Assembly: GCA_963790475.1 (NCBI GenBank)
Contig: CAWBOS010000010.1
Coordinates: 1,344,001 to 1,408,000 of the forward strand
Length of the DNA: 64,000 nt
Direction: 5' to 3'
Source: an uncultured delta proteobacterium
Lineage (GTDB): Bacteria; Desulfobacterota; RBG-13-43-22
The position numbers and the translations under genes are program-made. Below are positions 9,944 through 21,421 of this stretch, in pieces. Below the pieces are notes generated by a model. The model was not told the origin of the DNA. It saw only the letters and a program-made list of their open reading frames with translations, and did not search any database. The stretch's first letter is position 1, and each line of letters starts with the position of its first letter.

Positions 9944-12026
9944 TTATTCCTCCAGCGCCGCCTTGGCTTCCTGGATCACTTTCTCGCTCATATATGCCGG
10001 GATCTCTTCATAATGAGAAAACTCGGACTGGAAAGAACCCCGGCCCTGGGTCATGGCCGTCAGGTCCGGGGCATATTTGGCCACTTCGGACATGGGCACC
10101 TGGGCTTGAATGACCTGATAGTTCCCCATGGAATCCACGCCCAGGACTTTTCCTCTACGGCTGTTCAAATCCCCGATGACATCCCCCATGCTCTCATCCG
10201 GCACAGTTACGGTAACCTTGACGATCGGTTCCAGCATAACCGGCTGGGCCTGCTGGATTCCCTTCTTGAAGGCCATGGAAGCGGCGATTTTGAAGGCCAT
10301 TTCCGAAGAATCGACTTCGTGGGATTTGCCGTCATAAAACCGAACCTTGAAATCCACCACCGGATACCCGGCCAATACCCCGTTTTGCATGGCCTCGGTA
10401 ATGCCTTTTTCCACAGCCGGGACAAAATTCCGGGGGACATTCATCCCTACCAGGGCATCCTGAAATTCAAATCCCTTGCCTCGCTCCTGCGGAAAGACAT
10501 CAATATGGACCTCAGCGAACTGACCACGGCCTCCGGTTTGTTTCTTGTGCCGATAGATAATTCCTTTGGCTGATTGACGGATGGTTTCCAGATAGGGAAT
10601 TTTGGGGGCCTTCAGGATCACTTCAACACCGAACTTTCTTTTTACTTTCTCGATGGTTGTTTCCACGTGAACCTGACCCATGCCCGAGAGAATGATCTGC
10701 TTCGTCTGAGAATCCCGATCCAGACGCAGGGTAGGATCTTCTTCCATAAGACGGGTCAAGGAGGAAAAAACCTTATCTTCTTCGCCCTTATTTTTGGCTT
10801 CGATGGCATAAGAAATGACCGTTGAAGAAGGTGGTGTAAAGGGGAAAATGATCGGATCTTTCTCATCGGCCAGGCTATCGCCGGTGACGGTCTCTTTCAA
10901 TTTGGATACGGCCAAGATACATCCCGGATATCCGGCCGGTATCGGTTTTTGGGTTTTCCCTTCCAGAGCAAATAACTGTCCGAACCGTTCCCGAACCCCC
11001 TTGTTGACATTATAGAAACCGGAATCGGCGGTGATTTCTCCTGAAAAAACCCGAAAAATGGTTAACCGGCCGGCATAAGGATCGGCCAGCGTTTTAAAGG
11101 CCAGGGCGGAAAAAGGCGATTCTATCGAAGGCTCTTTACTTTTTTCCTCTTTAGTCTTGGGATCCTGACCGATCTGGGCCCCGCGATCCAAAGGCGAAGG
11201 TAAAGCTGCGTTAATGGCCTCCAAGAGCATATCGGTCCCGATATTTTTCAGGGCCGAACCGCAGAAGACCGGCGTAAAGGTCCTCAGCAATACCCCTTTT
11301 CGAAGCCCGATGGCCAGCTCTTCAGAGGACAATTCCTGACCTTCGAGAAATTTCTCCAGCAGGGCGTCATCGGCCTCGGCCAAATGTTCGATCAGATTAT
11401 CCCGGGAGGTCTGAATTTCATCGGCCATCTCCTGAGGCAAAGGGATCTCTTTCCCTTCTCCCTGGGACCCCGAATACTCGAAAGCCTTTTTATTCAAAAG
11501 AGAAACCACACCGCTGAAAGTATCGCCCGTTCCAATCGGCAACGTCATCGGCACGGCCCTGGTTTTCAACAAGTTCTGGATGGAGGTCAGGGTTTTTTGG
11601 AAGTCGGCCCGTTCTCTATCCAATTTATTAATAAAGATAAGACAAGGTATGCCCTGCTTTTCAGCCGCCATCCAGATGCGTTCGGTTTGGACCTTCACCC
11701 CGTCTATGGCATCGACTACCACTACCAATCCATCCAGGACCTGGAGACAGGCAAAGGTATCGGCAATGAAATTTTCATCTCCGGGGGTATCAGCCAAAAA
11801 AACCTTGTGTTTCTTCCAGTCATAATGATGGAAGGCTGTATTGATGGTCAGGTGGCGTTTCAGTTCTTCGGGCTCAAAATCCAGGACTGACGAGCCGTCA
11901 TCCACCTTCCCCAGTCGATCGATGGTCCTGGTGGTAAACAACAGGGCTTCCCCCAGGGAGGTTTTACCCGCTCCGCTGTGGGCCACCAGGCCTATGAGTT
12001 CTGATCCGCTCAAGATTCTTTTCCAT
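9944..12026 (-). CDS. fusA: Elongation factor G paralog (EF-G2 type), apparent 1-nt insertion near codon 10
   Basis: AHSGAGKTS, DTPG, NKLD, KKQTGGRGQF and HEVDSS motifs. SD gaggt + ATG at 12026 (MEKNLERIRT) is one base out of frame with IGLVAH. Confidence 0.88.
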
Positions 12027-12253
12027 ACCTCAATCCTTTCCCCCGGTACTGACAAATGATGCTTTACTTACCTCAATAGGTCAACAAAAGTCAAGAGATT
12101 TAACATAAGGAAAGGGTTCGAGCTTTCAAGGGTTCGAGGATTCAAGGGTTTTAATTTCCATGCCTTTCACCCCGCCAGGCGGTCCTTAAACCCTTGACCT
12201 TTGAATCTCAAACCATCCCCAACTCTTTTGGAGAAGATTCAAAATATTTTTTC

Positions 12254-12283
12254 TTGACAACTATAAATTTACTAACATATTGT
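12254..12283 (+). promoter_or_regulatory. Putative sigma70 promoter of the liv operon
   Basis: TTGACA-18-TATTGT, overlapped by the inverted repeat TTTAC-N9-GTAAA. Confidence 0.45.
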
Positions 12284-12337
12284 AAACATAAAAAATAATG
12301 TTTTCACTTCTTTTAAATCCAGCCAAGGAGGTAGGTT

Positions 12338-13540
12338 ATGAGTCGAGTAAGGTTATTTGGGGTGCTAAGTCTGATTTTTATTTTTTTGGGAACATTATCT
12401 GGTCCTGTTCCAGCAAAGGCCGCTGAACCTATTAAAGTGGGAATTATTCTTCCTCTGACCGGCGGACAGGCCGCTTTTGGAGAAATTGAGAAAAATTCAT
12501 TTATCATGGCCTTTAACGAAATTCAGAAGGCCGGCGGGGTGAGAGGTGAGAAAATCGAATTAATATTCGAAGATGATACCGGTAAACCCGATATCGCCAG
12601 AGCGGCCGCGGAAAAACTCATCTCCAAGGACAAGGTGGTCCTGTTAGGGGGGGGTTATGGAAGTTCGGAAACCCGGGCCATAGCGGGGGTAGCTCAGCAA
12701 AATAAGATGCCTTTTCTGATCAACACCGGCTCCGCCGATATTATCACCGAGCAAGGCTGGAATTATGTTTTCCGTCTGAATCCTCCGGTAAGTGAGTATG
12801 CCGAGGCAGCGGAAACCTTCTTGAAGGATGTGGCCAAGCCCAAGACGGCGGTCATACTTTTTGAAAATTCCCTGTTCGGGACCAGCGGGTCCAAAGAGTT
12901 TGAAAAATCCTGCCAGGATTTGGGGATTCATGTTCTCCTTAAGGAAGGATATGAAAAAGGCGCCGTTGACTTTAAACCCCTTTTGATAAAAGTAAAATCG
13001 GCAAATCCTGACCTTATCTACATGATCTCTTATATCATGGACGCTTCTTTGCTTATACGGCAGTCTATGGAACTGGACCTCAACCCCAAGCTCTTTATGG
13101 GAGGGGGGGCGGGGTTTACCCTTCCGGAATTTTATCAAAATGCCGGTAAGGCGGCCGAAGGAGTTTTCTCAGCCACATTATGGATCCCCTCCCTTCCCTT
13201 CCCCGGGGCCATGGCTTATTTCAACAATTATAAAAAGCTACACGGAAAAGATACCGAATACCATGGGGCTGAAGCCTACTCGGCCATGTTTGTGATCGCC
13301 GATGTCTTAAAAAGGGCCAAATCTTTTTCACATGATGATATCCGTCAGGCCCTGGCGACTACCGACATGAAGACCGCCTTTGGCAGAGTCAAATTTATTT
13401 CCTATGGAAAAAAAACCAACCAGAACAAGCTGGCCACTTATTTAGTTCAATGGAACAAAGGAAAGTTGGAATGTGTCTGGCCCAAGGAATTCGCCACCAC
13501 CAAATACCTGTTCCCTCACAAACCATGGAAACAACGTTAG
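12338..13540 (+). CDS. livK: Branched-chain amino acid ABC transporter substrate-binding protein
   Basis: Signal peptide, IKVGIILPLTG and EDDTGKP. Heads the livHMGF operon. Confidence 0.88.
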   Translation: MSRVRLFGVLSLIFIFLGTLSGPVPAKAAEPIKVGIILPLTGGQAAFGEIEKNSFIMAFNEIQKAGGVRGEKIELIFEDDTGKPDIARAAAEKLISKDKVVLLGGGYGSSETRAIAGVAQQNKMPFLINTGSADIITEQGWNYVFRLNPPVSEYAEAAETFLKDVAKPKTAVILFENSLFGTSGSKEFEKSCQDLGIHVLLKEGYEKGAVDFKPLLIKVKSANPDLIYMISYIMDASLLIRQSMELDLNPKLFMGGGAGFTLPEFYQNAGKAAEGVFSATLWIPSLPFPGAMAYFNNYKKLHGKDTEYHGAEAYSAMFVIADVLKRAKSFSHDDIRQALATTDMKTAFGRVKFISYGKKTNQNKLATYLVQWNKGKLECVWPKEFATTKYLFPHKPWKQR

Positions 13541-13790
13541 CCTTAATTATAGGGCAGGCCGATCAAGCGGTCTGCCCCTCGAAGGAAATGGATCTTTAGT
13601 ACGAAAATAACCTTGTCCACCCCCACCCCTTCCCCTGCCGCCCCGCAGGCCCCTCCGAGGCCTGCGGCGAGACCATTCGACGAGCTCATGTCGAGTCGCT
13701 CAGACGGGCCGGGGAGGGTGAGGGAGGGGGGAGGATTTTCATGCTTTGTTGCTCCCTATAAAGGCATGAAAGTTTAGTGAGGAAAGGCCT

Positions 13791-14666
13791 ATGCTCGTCT
13801 TTATCCAGACCCTGGTAGCCGGGGTTTTGATCGGTGGTCTTTATGCCTTAATCGGTATAGGAATGACGCTCATCATGGGTGTTATGGGAATCATTAATCT
13901 GGCTCATGGCCAGATTATGATGGTCTCGATGTACATCACTCTGGTTTGTTTTAAATATCTGGGGATGGACCCGTACCTTTCGCTCATTGTGACTATGCCG
14001 GCCCTTTTCATCATCGCTTTCTATATCGGCAAATATCTTCTGGTTCCTTTGATAGGCCGGGATACCATCCTCCCCGAGAACCAAGTGTTGATGACCGTAG
14101 GAATTGGAATTTGTTTTACGGAAATTATGCGGTTTATCTTTACCTCCAACTATCAGTCGGTCCGAACCGGGTATTCCAACAAGGCCTTTTATCTGCAGGG
14201 CGTTTCTTTCAGCCTTCCTTTAATCATCGCCTTTTTTATCGCCATTGCCATTACGGTCCTTCTCTTCCTTCTCCTGATGAAGACCGATATCGGACGGGCG
14301 ATTCGGGCCACAGCGCAGGATAAAGAAGCCGCCGTGCTGATGGGAATCCCTCAACGAAAGATCACTTACGCTACTTACGGTCTGGGGGCGGCCTTAACCG
14401 CAGCCGCCGGCTCTTTGCTCTTGCCGATCTATTATCTTTTTCCCGATCTGGGGGGTGATTTCACCTTAAAGGCCTTTATCATAACCATCCTGGGGGGACT
14501 TGGGAGCACGGTAGGAGCCATTCTGGGTGGACTCACTTTAGGAATCGCGGAGTCCTTGGGAGCCTCCTATATCTCTATGGGCTACAAAGACGCAGTCGGG
14601 ATGGTCATTTTTCTTCTGGTTCTTATCTTTATCCCCGGCGGCTTGAAAAGGTTTACGAAAATATGA
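13791..14666 (+). CDS. livH: Branched-chain amino acid ABC permease
   Basis: [19 protein letters not shown] and [10 protein letters not shown] motifs. Confidence 0.88.
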   Translation: MLVFIQTLVAGVLIGGLYALIGIGMTLIMGVMGIINLAHGQIMMVSMYITLVCFKYLGMDPYLSLIVTMPALFIIAFYIGKYLLVPLIGRDTILPENQVLMTVGIGICFTEIMRFIFTSNYQSVRTGYSNKAFYLQGVSFSLPLIIAFFIAIAITVLLFLLLMKTDIGRAIRATAQDKEAAVLMGIPQRKITYATYGLGAALTAAAGSLLLPIYYLFPDLGGDFTLKAFIITILGGLGSTVGAILGGLTLGIAESLGASYISMGYKDAVGMVIFLLVLIFIPGGLKRFTKI

Positions 14667-14710
14667 AACGAAAATAGATCTCTTATTATGCTAAGACCGG
14701 ATGGTTCTCC

Positions 14711-14788
14711 GTCATGCCGGACCTGATCCGGCATCCAGGGATTTGAGGCTTAGATAATAACCTGGATTCCGGCTTCCGTCGGAATGAC
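14711..14788. repeat. REP-like bipartite palindrome
   Basis: gtcatgccggacctgatccggcatccag...ctggattccggcttccgtcggaatgac. Near-identical copy at 18435-18511. Confidence 0.8.
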
Positions 14789-14909
14789 GATCTAACTCTT
14801 TGTTTATGAATTATTTTCATGATTCGTGGTTTCGCGCCCATAGACGTGACCTGAGGGTTTGGTGTGAGAAACAAAGTTTAATGGCCTATGCTTAAAAGGA
14901 GATGATCTG

Positions 14910-15860
14910 ATGAAAGGACTTAAAGCCCTAATCTTTTTTTTAATAGCCGGGATCTTGCCTTTGATCATTAAACAGGATTATTATCTCCATCTTTTAATCC
15001 TGGTTTTGATGTGGGTCATTATAGGCTCCTGCTGGAACCTGATCGCCGGTTATACCGGTCAGGTCTCCTTTGGACAAGCCGCCTTTTTCGGTATAGGGGC
15101 TTATACGGCCGGTATCTTACATACCAAATTAGAACTTTCAACTTGGTGGGGCCTAGCCTTTGGAGGATGGACGGCTGTAATCTTGGGCCTGATCATTGGC
15201 TACCTTTGTTTTCGTTTGAGAGGTCCTTATTTTGCTCTGGCCACTTTAGCCAGTGGAGAAATATTAAGACTGATTGCCAATAACTGGGTAAACTTTACCG
15301 AGGGTATGGTCGGGATCATGACCCTGCAAACTTTTTCCAGCAAACTTCCCTATTATTATCTGGTATTGGGTCTGGCGACCCTCTGTCTTGGGGTCATCTA
15401 TTTGGTTATGCACTCCAAATGGGGTTATTATTTTGTCTCCATACGGGAAGACCAGGACGCGGCTGAATCTCTGGGGATCAACGCCACACTCTACAAAAAC
15501 ATCTCCTTGGCCATCAGCTCCTTTTTTACCGGGACGGTGGGAGCGTTTTATATGAATTATATGGGCTTCATCGATCCTTCGGTGGTTTTTGCTCTCCATG
15601 ATATTTCCATACAAGCCATTCTGGTAGGTATTATCGGCGGTGTCGGCACCCTCTGGGGCCCGGCCATTGGTGCTTTGGTAATGGTTGGAATACAGGAACT
15701 CTTCCGAACATCCATCTTCGGCCTGGCCCCCCATTGGATCAGTCAAGGCCACGCGATGGCCTTCGGACTTTTGGTGGTTCTAACCATCCTTTTCATGTCT
15801 AATGGGGTCGTGGGTGATTGGGGCAAGATCAAAAAGATTTTTCTCAGAAAGGCCGTATAG
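14910..15860 (+). CDS. livM: Branched-chain amino acid ABC permease
   Basis: WNLIAGYTGQVSFGQAAFFGIGAY, RLRGPYFALATL and SIREDQDAAESLG motifs. Confidence 0.88.
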   Translation: MKGLKALIFFLIAGILPLIIKQDYYLHLLILVLMWVIIGSCWNLIAGYTGQVSFGQAAFFGIGAYTAGILHTKLELSTWWGLAFGGWTAVILGLIIGYLCFRLRGPYFALATLASGEILRLIANNWVNFTEGMVGIMTLQTFSSKLPYYYLVLGLATLCLGVIYLVMHSKWGYYFVSIREDQDAAESLGINATLYKNISLAISSFFTGTVGAFYMNYMGFIDPSVVFALHDISIQAILVGIIGGVGTLWGPAIGALVMVGIQELFRTSIFGLAPHWISQGHAMAFGLLVVLTILFMSNGVVGDWGKIKKIFLRKAV

Positions 15861-15868
15861 GAGGACTC

Positions 15869-16591
15869 ATGCCTATCTTCGAATCCCAAGACGTAGTCAA
15901 GTATTTTGGAGGGTTGGCTGCCGTAAACGGGGTTAGTTTTCAGGTGGAGGAGGGAGAAATCTTCGGTCTCATCGGTCCCAATGGTTCAGGGAAGACCACG
16001 GTCTTTAATTTAATCAACAACTACTTCCCCTTGACTTCAGGAGATTTCAGGTTATTCGGCAAAAGCATCAAGGGAATGAAAACCCATAAAATCTGCCACC
16101 TGGGTATTGCCCGAACATTCCAGGTCGTCAAACCCCTGGCCCGGATGACCGTCCTCGAGAATGTTACCGCCTCGGCTTTTTGCCGGGTGAATACAATAAA
16201 AGAGGCCCAAAATTTGGCCATGGAGACTATCGAATTTTGCGGCCTTTCCGGTTATAAAGATCAATCGGCTAAAGGGTTACCGATCGGAATGCGTAAACGG
16301 TTGGAGATCACCCGGGCCCTGGCTACTCAGCCCAAATTATTATTATTAGATGAAACCGCAGCCGGGCTTACCCCCAAAGAGGTGGACATGGCCATTGAAT
16401 TGATAAAAGAGATCAACCGACGCGGGGTAACCATCATTGTCATCGAACATATCATGAAGGTCATCATGACCATTTCCAACCGTATCTTAGCCATCAACCA
16501 AGGCGAACCCATTGCCACCGGGACCCCTGAAGTAATTGCCCAAAATCCACAGGTCATAGAGGCATATTTGGGGGAGGACACCCATGCTTAA
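15869..16591 (+). CDS. livG: Branched-chain amino acid ABC ATPase
   Basis: GPNGSGKTT, GIARTFQ and LLLDE motifs. SD ggagga before ATG 15869. Confidence 0.88.
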   Translation: MPIFESQDVVKYFGGLAAVNGVSFQVEEGEIFGLIGPNGSGKTTVFNLINNYFPLTSGDFRLFGKSIKGMKTHKICHLGIARTFQVVKPLARMTVLENVTASAFCRVNTIKEAQNLAMETIEFCGLSGYKDQSAKGLPIGMRKRLEITRALATQPKLLLLDETAAGLTPKEVDMAIELIKEINRRGVTIIVIEHIMKVIMTISNRILAINQGEPIATGTPEVIAQNPQVIEAYLGEDTHA

Positions 16592-17288
16592 AATTAATCA
16601 CTTGGATGTTTCTTACGGGGATGTTCAGGTCCTTTGGGATGTCTCCTTCGAGGTCCGGGAAAATGAAATTCTCGTTTTGATCGGAGCCAACGGGGCCGGT
16701 AAATCGACCACCCTTCGAAGCATTTCCGGGCTTCTGGTCCCTTCGAAAGGGTCCATTGAATTTAAAGGAACCCGATTGGACCAGATCTCGAATCATAAGG
16801 TTGTTGAACTCGGGGTCGCCCATGTCCCGGAAGGCCGTCGTCTCTTCCCGGAAATGACTGTTGAGGAAAATCTGATTATGGGGTCATTAAACGCCAAGGC
16901 CAAAGTCAAACGTCAGGAAACGCTCAAAGAAGTTTTTCGCCTCTTCCCCCGATTAGAAGAACGTCGGAAGCAATATGCCCGAACTTTGAGCGGAGGAGAA
17001 CAACAGATGTGTGCTATCGGCCGGGGGTTGATGGCCCTGCCGGAACTCTTGCTCTTTGATGAACCTTCTCTCGGGTTGTCACCCATCCTGGTGCAGGAGA
17101 TCTTCCATACTATTGAAAGGATAAATCAGGAAGGCGTAACCGTGTTATTGGTTGAACAAAACGTCAAACATACCCTGTCTATCTGCCATCGCGCCTACGT
17201 CCTGGAAAACGGCCGGATTGTTTTGGAAGGGACCGGAGGGGAACTTCTCAATAATCCTCATGTCAAGGAAGCCTATCTGGGAATATAA
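16584..17288 (+). CDS. livF: Branched-chain amino acid ABC ATPase
   Basis: GANGAGKST, VPEGRRLF and LSGGEQQM motifs. Confidence 0.9.
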   Translation: MLKINHLDVSYGDVQVLWDVSFEVRENEILVLIGANGAGKSTTLRSISGLLVPSKGSIEFKGTRLDQISNHKVVELGVAHVPEGRRLFPEMTVEENLIMGSLNAKAKVKRQETLKEVFRLFPRLEERRKQYARTLSGGEQQMCAIGRGLMALPELLLFDEPSLGLSPILVQEIFHTIERINQEGVTVLLVEQNVKHTLSICHRAYVLENGRIVLEGTGGELLNNPHVKEAYLGI

Positions 17289-17292
17289 AATC

Positions 17293-17396
17293 AAGCTGAT
17301 AGCTCTTAGCTCAAAGCTGAAAGGTCTAAAAAGAAACATGAATATCAGGAAAGCTCAAAGGAAGGGCATTTCCTATGAGCTACGAGCTATTAGCTA
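17293..17396. repeat. Heptamer-periodic palindromic repeat (agct-based)
   Basis: agctgatagctcttagctcaaagctgaaag...tgagctacgagctattagct. Related element at about 31480-31556. Confidence 0.6.
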
Positions 17397-17400
17397 ATTT

Positions 17401-18390
17401 ATGGACGCTCTGATCTTGCAGCCGGCGAGGGGACGCGACTTCGTCCACTCACTCAAACAAGACCCAAACCCATTTTCCCCATTCTTAATCGGCCTCTTCT
17501 CGAAATTACCTTTAACTACCTGAGTCATTTCTCTGTCCGGAGGGTGATCCTGAATACCCATCACCTGGCCGCTCAGATTGACGACTTTGTTCAAACCCAG
17601 AAAGAATATCGCTCATTTGAAATAGAAACCCGTTTTGAACCACAAATTTTGAATACCGGCGGAGGAATCGGCAACACCCGAAATTTCTATCGATCCGATC
17701 CTTTCGTAGTGGTCAATGGCGATATCCTCACGGATATTGACTTGAATAAAGCGATTGAATTCCACCAATCCCATAAAGGACCGGTCACCCTGATCCTGCA
17801 TGATTATCCTGAATTCAATCAGTTGCCGTGGATAGTCACGGGCGTATAAAGAAACTAAGAGATGCAGAAGGCCATGGTCTTGGCCTTTACCGGTATACAC
17901 ATTCTGGATCAAAATATTTTCAATTTTCTCCCTGGTTCCGGCAGCTATGATATCATCCCAATCTATCAGCAGATGATTGAAGAAGGCCATGACGGTTTGG
18001 GCGTATATCAGTCAAGATCATTACTGGCGGGACATAGGAACACCCAGGTCCTATCTTAAAGTCCATGAAGAATTATTGTCGGGACAGTTTGAATCCCCTC
18101 AATCCCCTCAAAGGGGAACTAACGCTGCCCTCAAAATCCTCCTTCCCCCCTTAAAAAGGGGGTTTAGGGGGATTTTAATTCACCCCGAAGCCGTTATTGA
18201 ACCAGGAGTAAAATTCTCCGGCTGGGCCTGCATTGGGAAAGGGTGCCTGTTAAAAACAGGGTGCCAAATCCGCAATTCGGTTCTTTGGGAGGATGTCACC
18301 GTGGAGATCAGGAGGTCTCCAGTTTCGGAGTCCATTCTCGGCCAGGGTGTTCATCTCAAGAATGATCTTCATGGTGGGGTAATGATTTAG
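17401..18390 (+). pseudogene. Sugar-phosphate nucleotidyltransferase (MurU/NDP-sugar synthase-like), multiply frameshifted
   Basis: Reconstructs across frames: MDALIL/AAGEGTRLRPLT..PKP, NTGGGI, VVVNGD, FTGIHIL, WRDIGTP, then a hexapeptide-like tail. Frameshifts may be sequencing errors. Confidence 0.75.
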
Positions 18391-18434
18391 TACGCAAGTA
18401 AATCTGAACTAAGCTCTTGGGTACTTTGTTTACC

Positions 18435-18511
18435 GTCATGCCGGACTTGATCCGGCATCCAGGACTTTTGATGTTTAAATTAAACTGGATTCCGGCTTTC
18501 GCCGGAATGAC
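18435..18511. repeat. REP-like bipartite palindrome
   Basis: gtcatgccggacttgatccggcatccagg...ctggattccggctttcgccggaatgac. Confidence 0.8.
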
Positions 18512-18582
18512 CAACAATTCCCCAGTAAAGCAATATTTTCAGACTTCTTATCGCCCGCTTTAGGCGGGCCTAAAGGCTTACT

Positions 18583-19588
18583 ATGAAACCTTTGATCCAT
18601 TTTCTCCAACGACATCTTCCCTCAACCACCGGATTTACCGGCCGCTTGCGTATCAAACCCCTGAAGGGAGACGGCTCGGATCGACGGGTCTATCGCCTGT
18701 TTGCCGGAGATCATACTTTCATTTGTGTTTATCACCCCAACGGTCGCCGGGGAATTCCTTCCGAAAATGACTCCTTTGTTTATATCGCTGAACACCTAAG
18801 AAGCCAGGGGCCTGCCCACGCCCCTGATCCAGGCCTACGATCCCGGCCGCGGTCTGTTTCTGATGCAGGATTTCGGAGATTTTTCCCTGGAATCGGTCAT
18901 AAAAAAAATCAAGGAGCCGCGGCTGATCAAACGGGTCTATGAGACCATCCTGAAATTGCTTTTGAAAATTCAGATCGAGGGGGCCAAGGATTTTGATTCC
19001 CGATACTGTTACGACACACCGCTGTACGACGGCCGATTTGCCTGGGAGCGGGAATCCCGGTACTTTGTCGAGGCTTTTCTAAAAGGCTATTTGGGTTGGA
19101 AAACGGTCCCGCCTTCAGCGGAAAGAGAATTGCAGGTGATCGCCATGGCTGTGGATCAGGAAAAGAAGCGATTGTTTCTTTACCGGGATTTTCAATCCCG
19201 AAATATCATGATCTGGTCCGAAGGGATCGGATTGATCGATTTCCAGGGGGGCCGCTGGGGTCCGCCGCAGTACGACTTGGCCTCCTTATTGATCGACCCT
19301 TACGTCACTATCCCGGAGCAGATCCGGGCAGATCTTTTTGATTATTATCTTCAAGAATTGTCCGCAAGAATCCCCATCCGATCAAAAAGCCTTCGGGAGA
19401 ATTATGAGATCATCGCCTTTCAGAGAAATCTTCAAATCCTGGGTGCCTATGCCTTTCTCTCCCGGGTCAAAGGCAAAACCTATTTTGAAAATTATATCCC
19501 CGCCGCTTTATCTGATTTGAAAAAAAGGGCTTGCGGAAAGATATTTCGCCCTTACAAATCGGTCAGGAAAATGATCGCTGAAATTTAA
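18583..19588 (+). CDS. Aminoglycoside-phosphotransferase-family kinase (AmgK-like), frameshift near 18810
   Basis: LKGDGSDRRVYR in ORF 18583. MQDFGD, YRDFQSRNIM, IDFQG and YDLASLL in ORF 18863. Confidence 0.8.
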
Positions 19589-19691
19589 AAGAAAAAGGAT
19601 TCGAAGATTCCAGGGTTCAAGGGTTTTACCTTCCATACCTTTCACTCCCCCCCGCGATCCTTGTCCCCTTGGCACCTTGAATCTTTAGGTT

Positions 19692-21017
19692 TTATTTCAA
19701 TGAACGCATAAAAATCCGTGTAAAAGCACCGGCAGAACGCATTTGTTTTTCTATAATCCGGTTGTAGTGTTGGACATCTTTTCCCGGCGCACCGGCGATG
19801 AATTTTCGGGCGTCATAATCCCCCTCCATACTGATCTTCTCAATTTGCATATATAGCCCCTTATCGGTAACGATAGCTTTCAGGACCGAAGACAAGTCCC
19901 CGGCAACGGCATGTGATTCTTTGGCCGCCACCTGGCTTGGGAAATGGTCGGCAAAGACTGGATATGTTGTGTCCTTGGAGGAGTCCCGCAGGGCTTCTAT
20001 CATACTATCCCTATTATCGTGTTTCTGAAAGGCATCGTGGAATTCCTGGCAAAGTAATTTTTCGATCAGAATATGGGCCCTGGACACTTCCCCGACAGCC
20101 CGTGACATTGGTCCATGAATGCCGATCATATCCAATAGGGGAATGGAAAGCATGGTCAAAGTGCTTCGACCGGGCATAATGGTGGCATGGTAGGGCATGG
20201 TCAGGTCCTGCAAATAATGCAAGCCCCAACCGGCGAAGCGGTATCCCCAGTAAGGATGGCCTGTTTGAAAAGACAATTTGGCCAGCGAATGGAAGAGGTG
20301 CACTCTTTGTTCCGGAAAGGTCTTTTGAAAATTCGGGGCAACTTTATAAATGATCTTGGATTCATGATAAAAACCCATATGAAAAGGCGCCTGTGTCCCA
20401 TAATCGAGCTTGGGATTTCCGAATGGCTGTTTGCCATAGCCGTATTCTTTGCCGAAACGGGTATTATTATTTTCCCAAAGTCCGATATCCAATCCGTAAT
20501 CCGGTTCGTCGGAAGCCGAAGAAAGCACCTCCAGGGCGCTTATCTTTTCTCCCGGCTCAAGCCGGATGTAGATGTTATTCTGAAAATCTTTCGTCAGGGT
20601 GCTCACAGCGGACTTCGGCAGGCGTTTGTTTTTGGGGACCGGACTGCCGGGAAGAACCATGACAAAGAGAGGAAGCTCCAGGTCGGGATTCACTCGCAGG
20701 GCCTTTAGGAAACGGATACGAAGGTTGGTTTCCTTGCTGCTCAAAAAATACAGGGTTTGAGGTGCAGGCGGATAGGCCCGGACGTTGGAGACGGCCCAGG
20801 CTTCTTCCGCCTTAAGCAGTTCCCCGATTTTGACCTTCTCTTTCAATAAGAACGAGTCCAGAGGCTCGGCGGAAACCTCTTGCCCGTATTCCGGTTGCCC
20901 ACCAAGGGCCGGAGTGGTCAGGTAGGCGTGATTAGTCCAGGCGTTTGCGGAAAGCGGCAGAATCGCCAGAAGGGCCGCTCCGATTCCAAAGATCCTGAGA
21001 TGGATTTTAAATGGCAT
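19692..21017 (-). CDS. Secreted zinc-dependent phospholipase C / P1-nuclease-like protein
   Basis: Signal peptide ending ANA, followed by W-T-N-H. DEPD and GLHYLQDLTMPYH motifs. Confidence 0.7.
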   Translation of the reverse strand: MPFKIHLRIFGIGAALLAILPLSANAWTNHAYLTTPALGGQPEYGQEVSAEPLDSFLLKEKVKIGELLKAEEAWAVSNVRAYPPAPQTLYFLSSKETNLRIRFLKALRVNPDLELPLFVMVLPGSPVPKNKRLPKSAVSTLTKDFQNNIYIRLEPGEKISALEVLSSASDEPDYGLDIGLWENNNTRFGKEYGYGKQPFGNPKLDYGTQAPFHMGFYHESKIIYKVAPNFQKTFPEQRVHLFHSLAKLSFQTGHPYWGYRFAGWGLHYLQDLTMPYHATIMPGRSTLTMLSIPLLDMIGIHGPMSRAVGEVSRAHILIEKLLCQEFHDAFQKHDNRDSMIEALRDSSKDTTYPVFADHFPSQVAAKESHAVAGDLSSVLKAIVTDKGLYMQIEKISMEGDYDARKFIAGAPGKDVQHYNRIIEKQMRSAGAFTRIFMRSLK

Positions 21018-21118
21018 GTGCTTCCCTCCTGTCGTGATTAAAATTAGTTTATTTTACAAACCGGAAAGGAAAAAGCAAGAAGTCTTTTTTTACTAAGTTG
21101 GAATTTTATTAGGGATCA

Positions 21119-21421
21119 ATGCCGAATACAGGCCTTATTTTTTTGCCCCCCTTCTCTCGGCTCCGAGAAATCAAGATAACTCCTTTTAATCAGGGAGGCG
21201 GGGTACTGCTGGAAGAAAAAAATTCCGGGGCCTTGAACAAACGCGATGCCGCATTGATCGGGGTTTTTTTATCCCTTTGTCACACCTTGGTTGAAGACAC
21301 CTTGATTTTTGCCGCTATCGGGGCCAACCTGATCGTTATCCTCTTGGCCCGCATTTGTTTTGCCGTCGCCGTCCTTTTCCTCCTTCGATGGCTGCTGCCC
21401 CGGCAAGCAGAAGTCAGGTGA
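21119..21421 (+). pseudogene. C-terminal fragment of a nucleoside-recognition (Gate) membrane protein
   Basis: GGGVLLEE..FLSLCHTLVEDTLIF..GAN resembles Gate-protein C-termini. No N-terminal part present. Confidence 0.5.
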
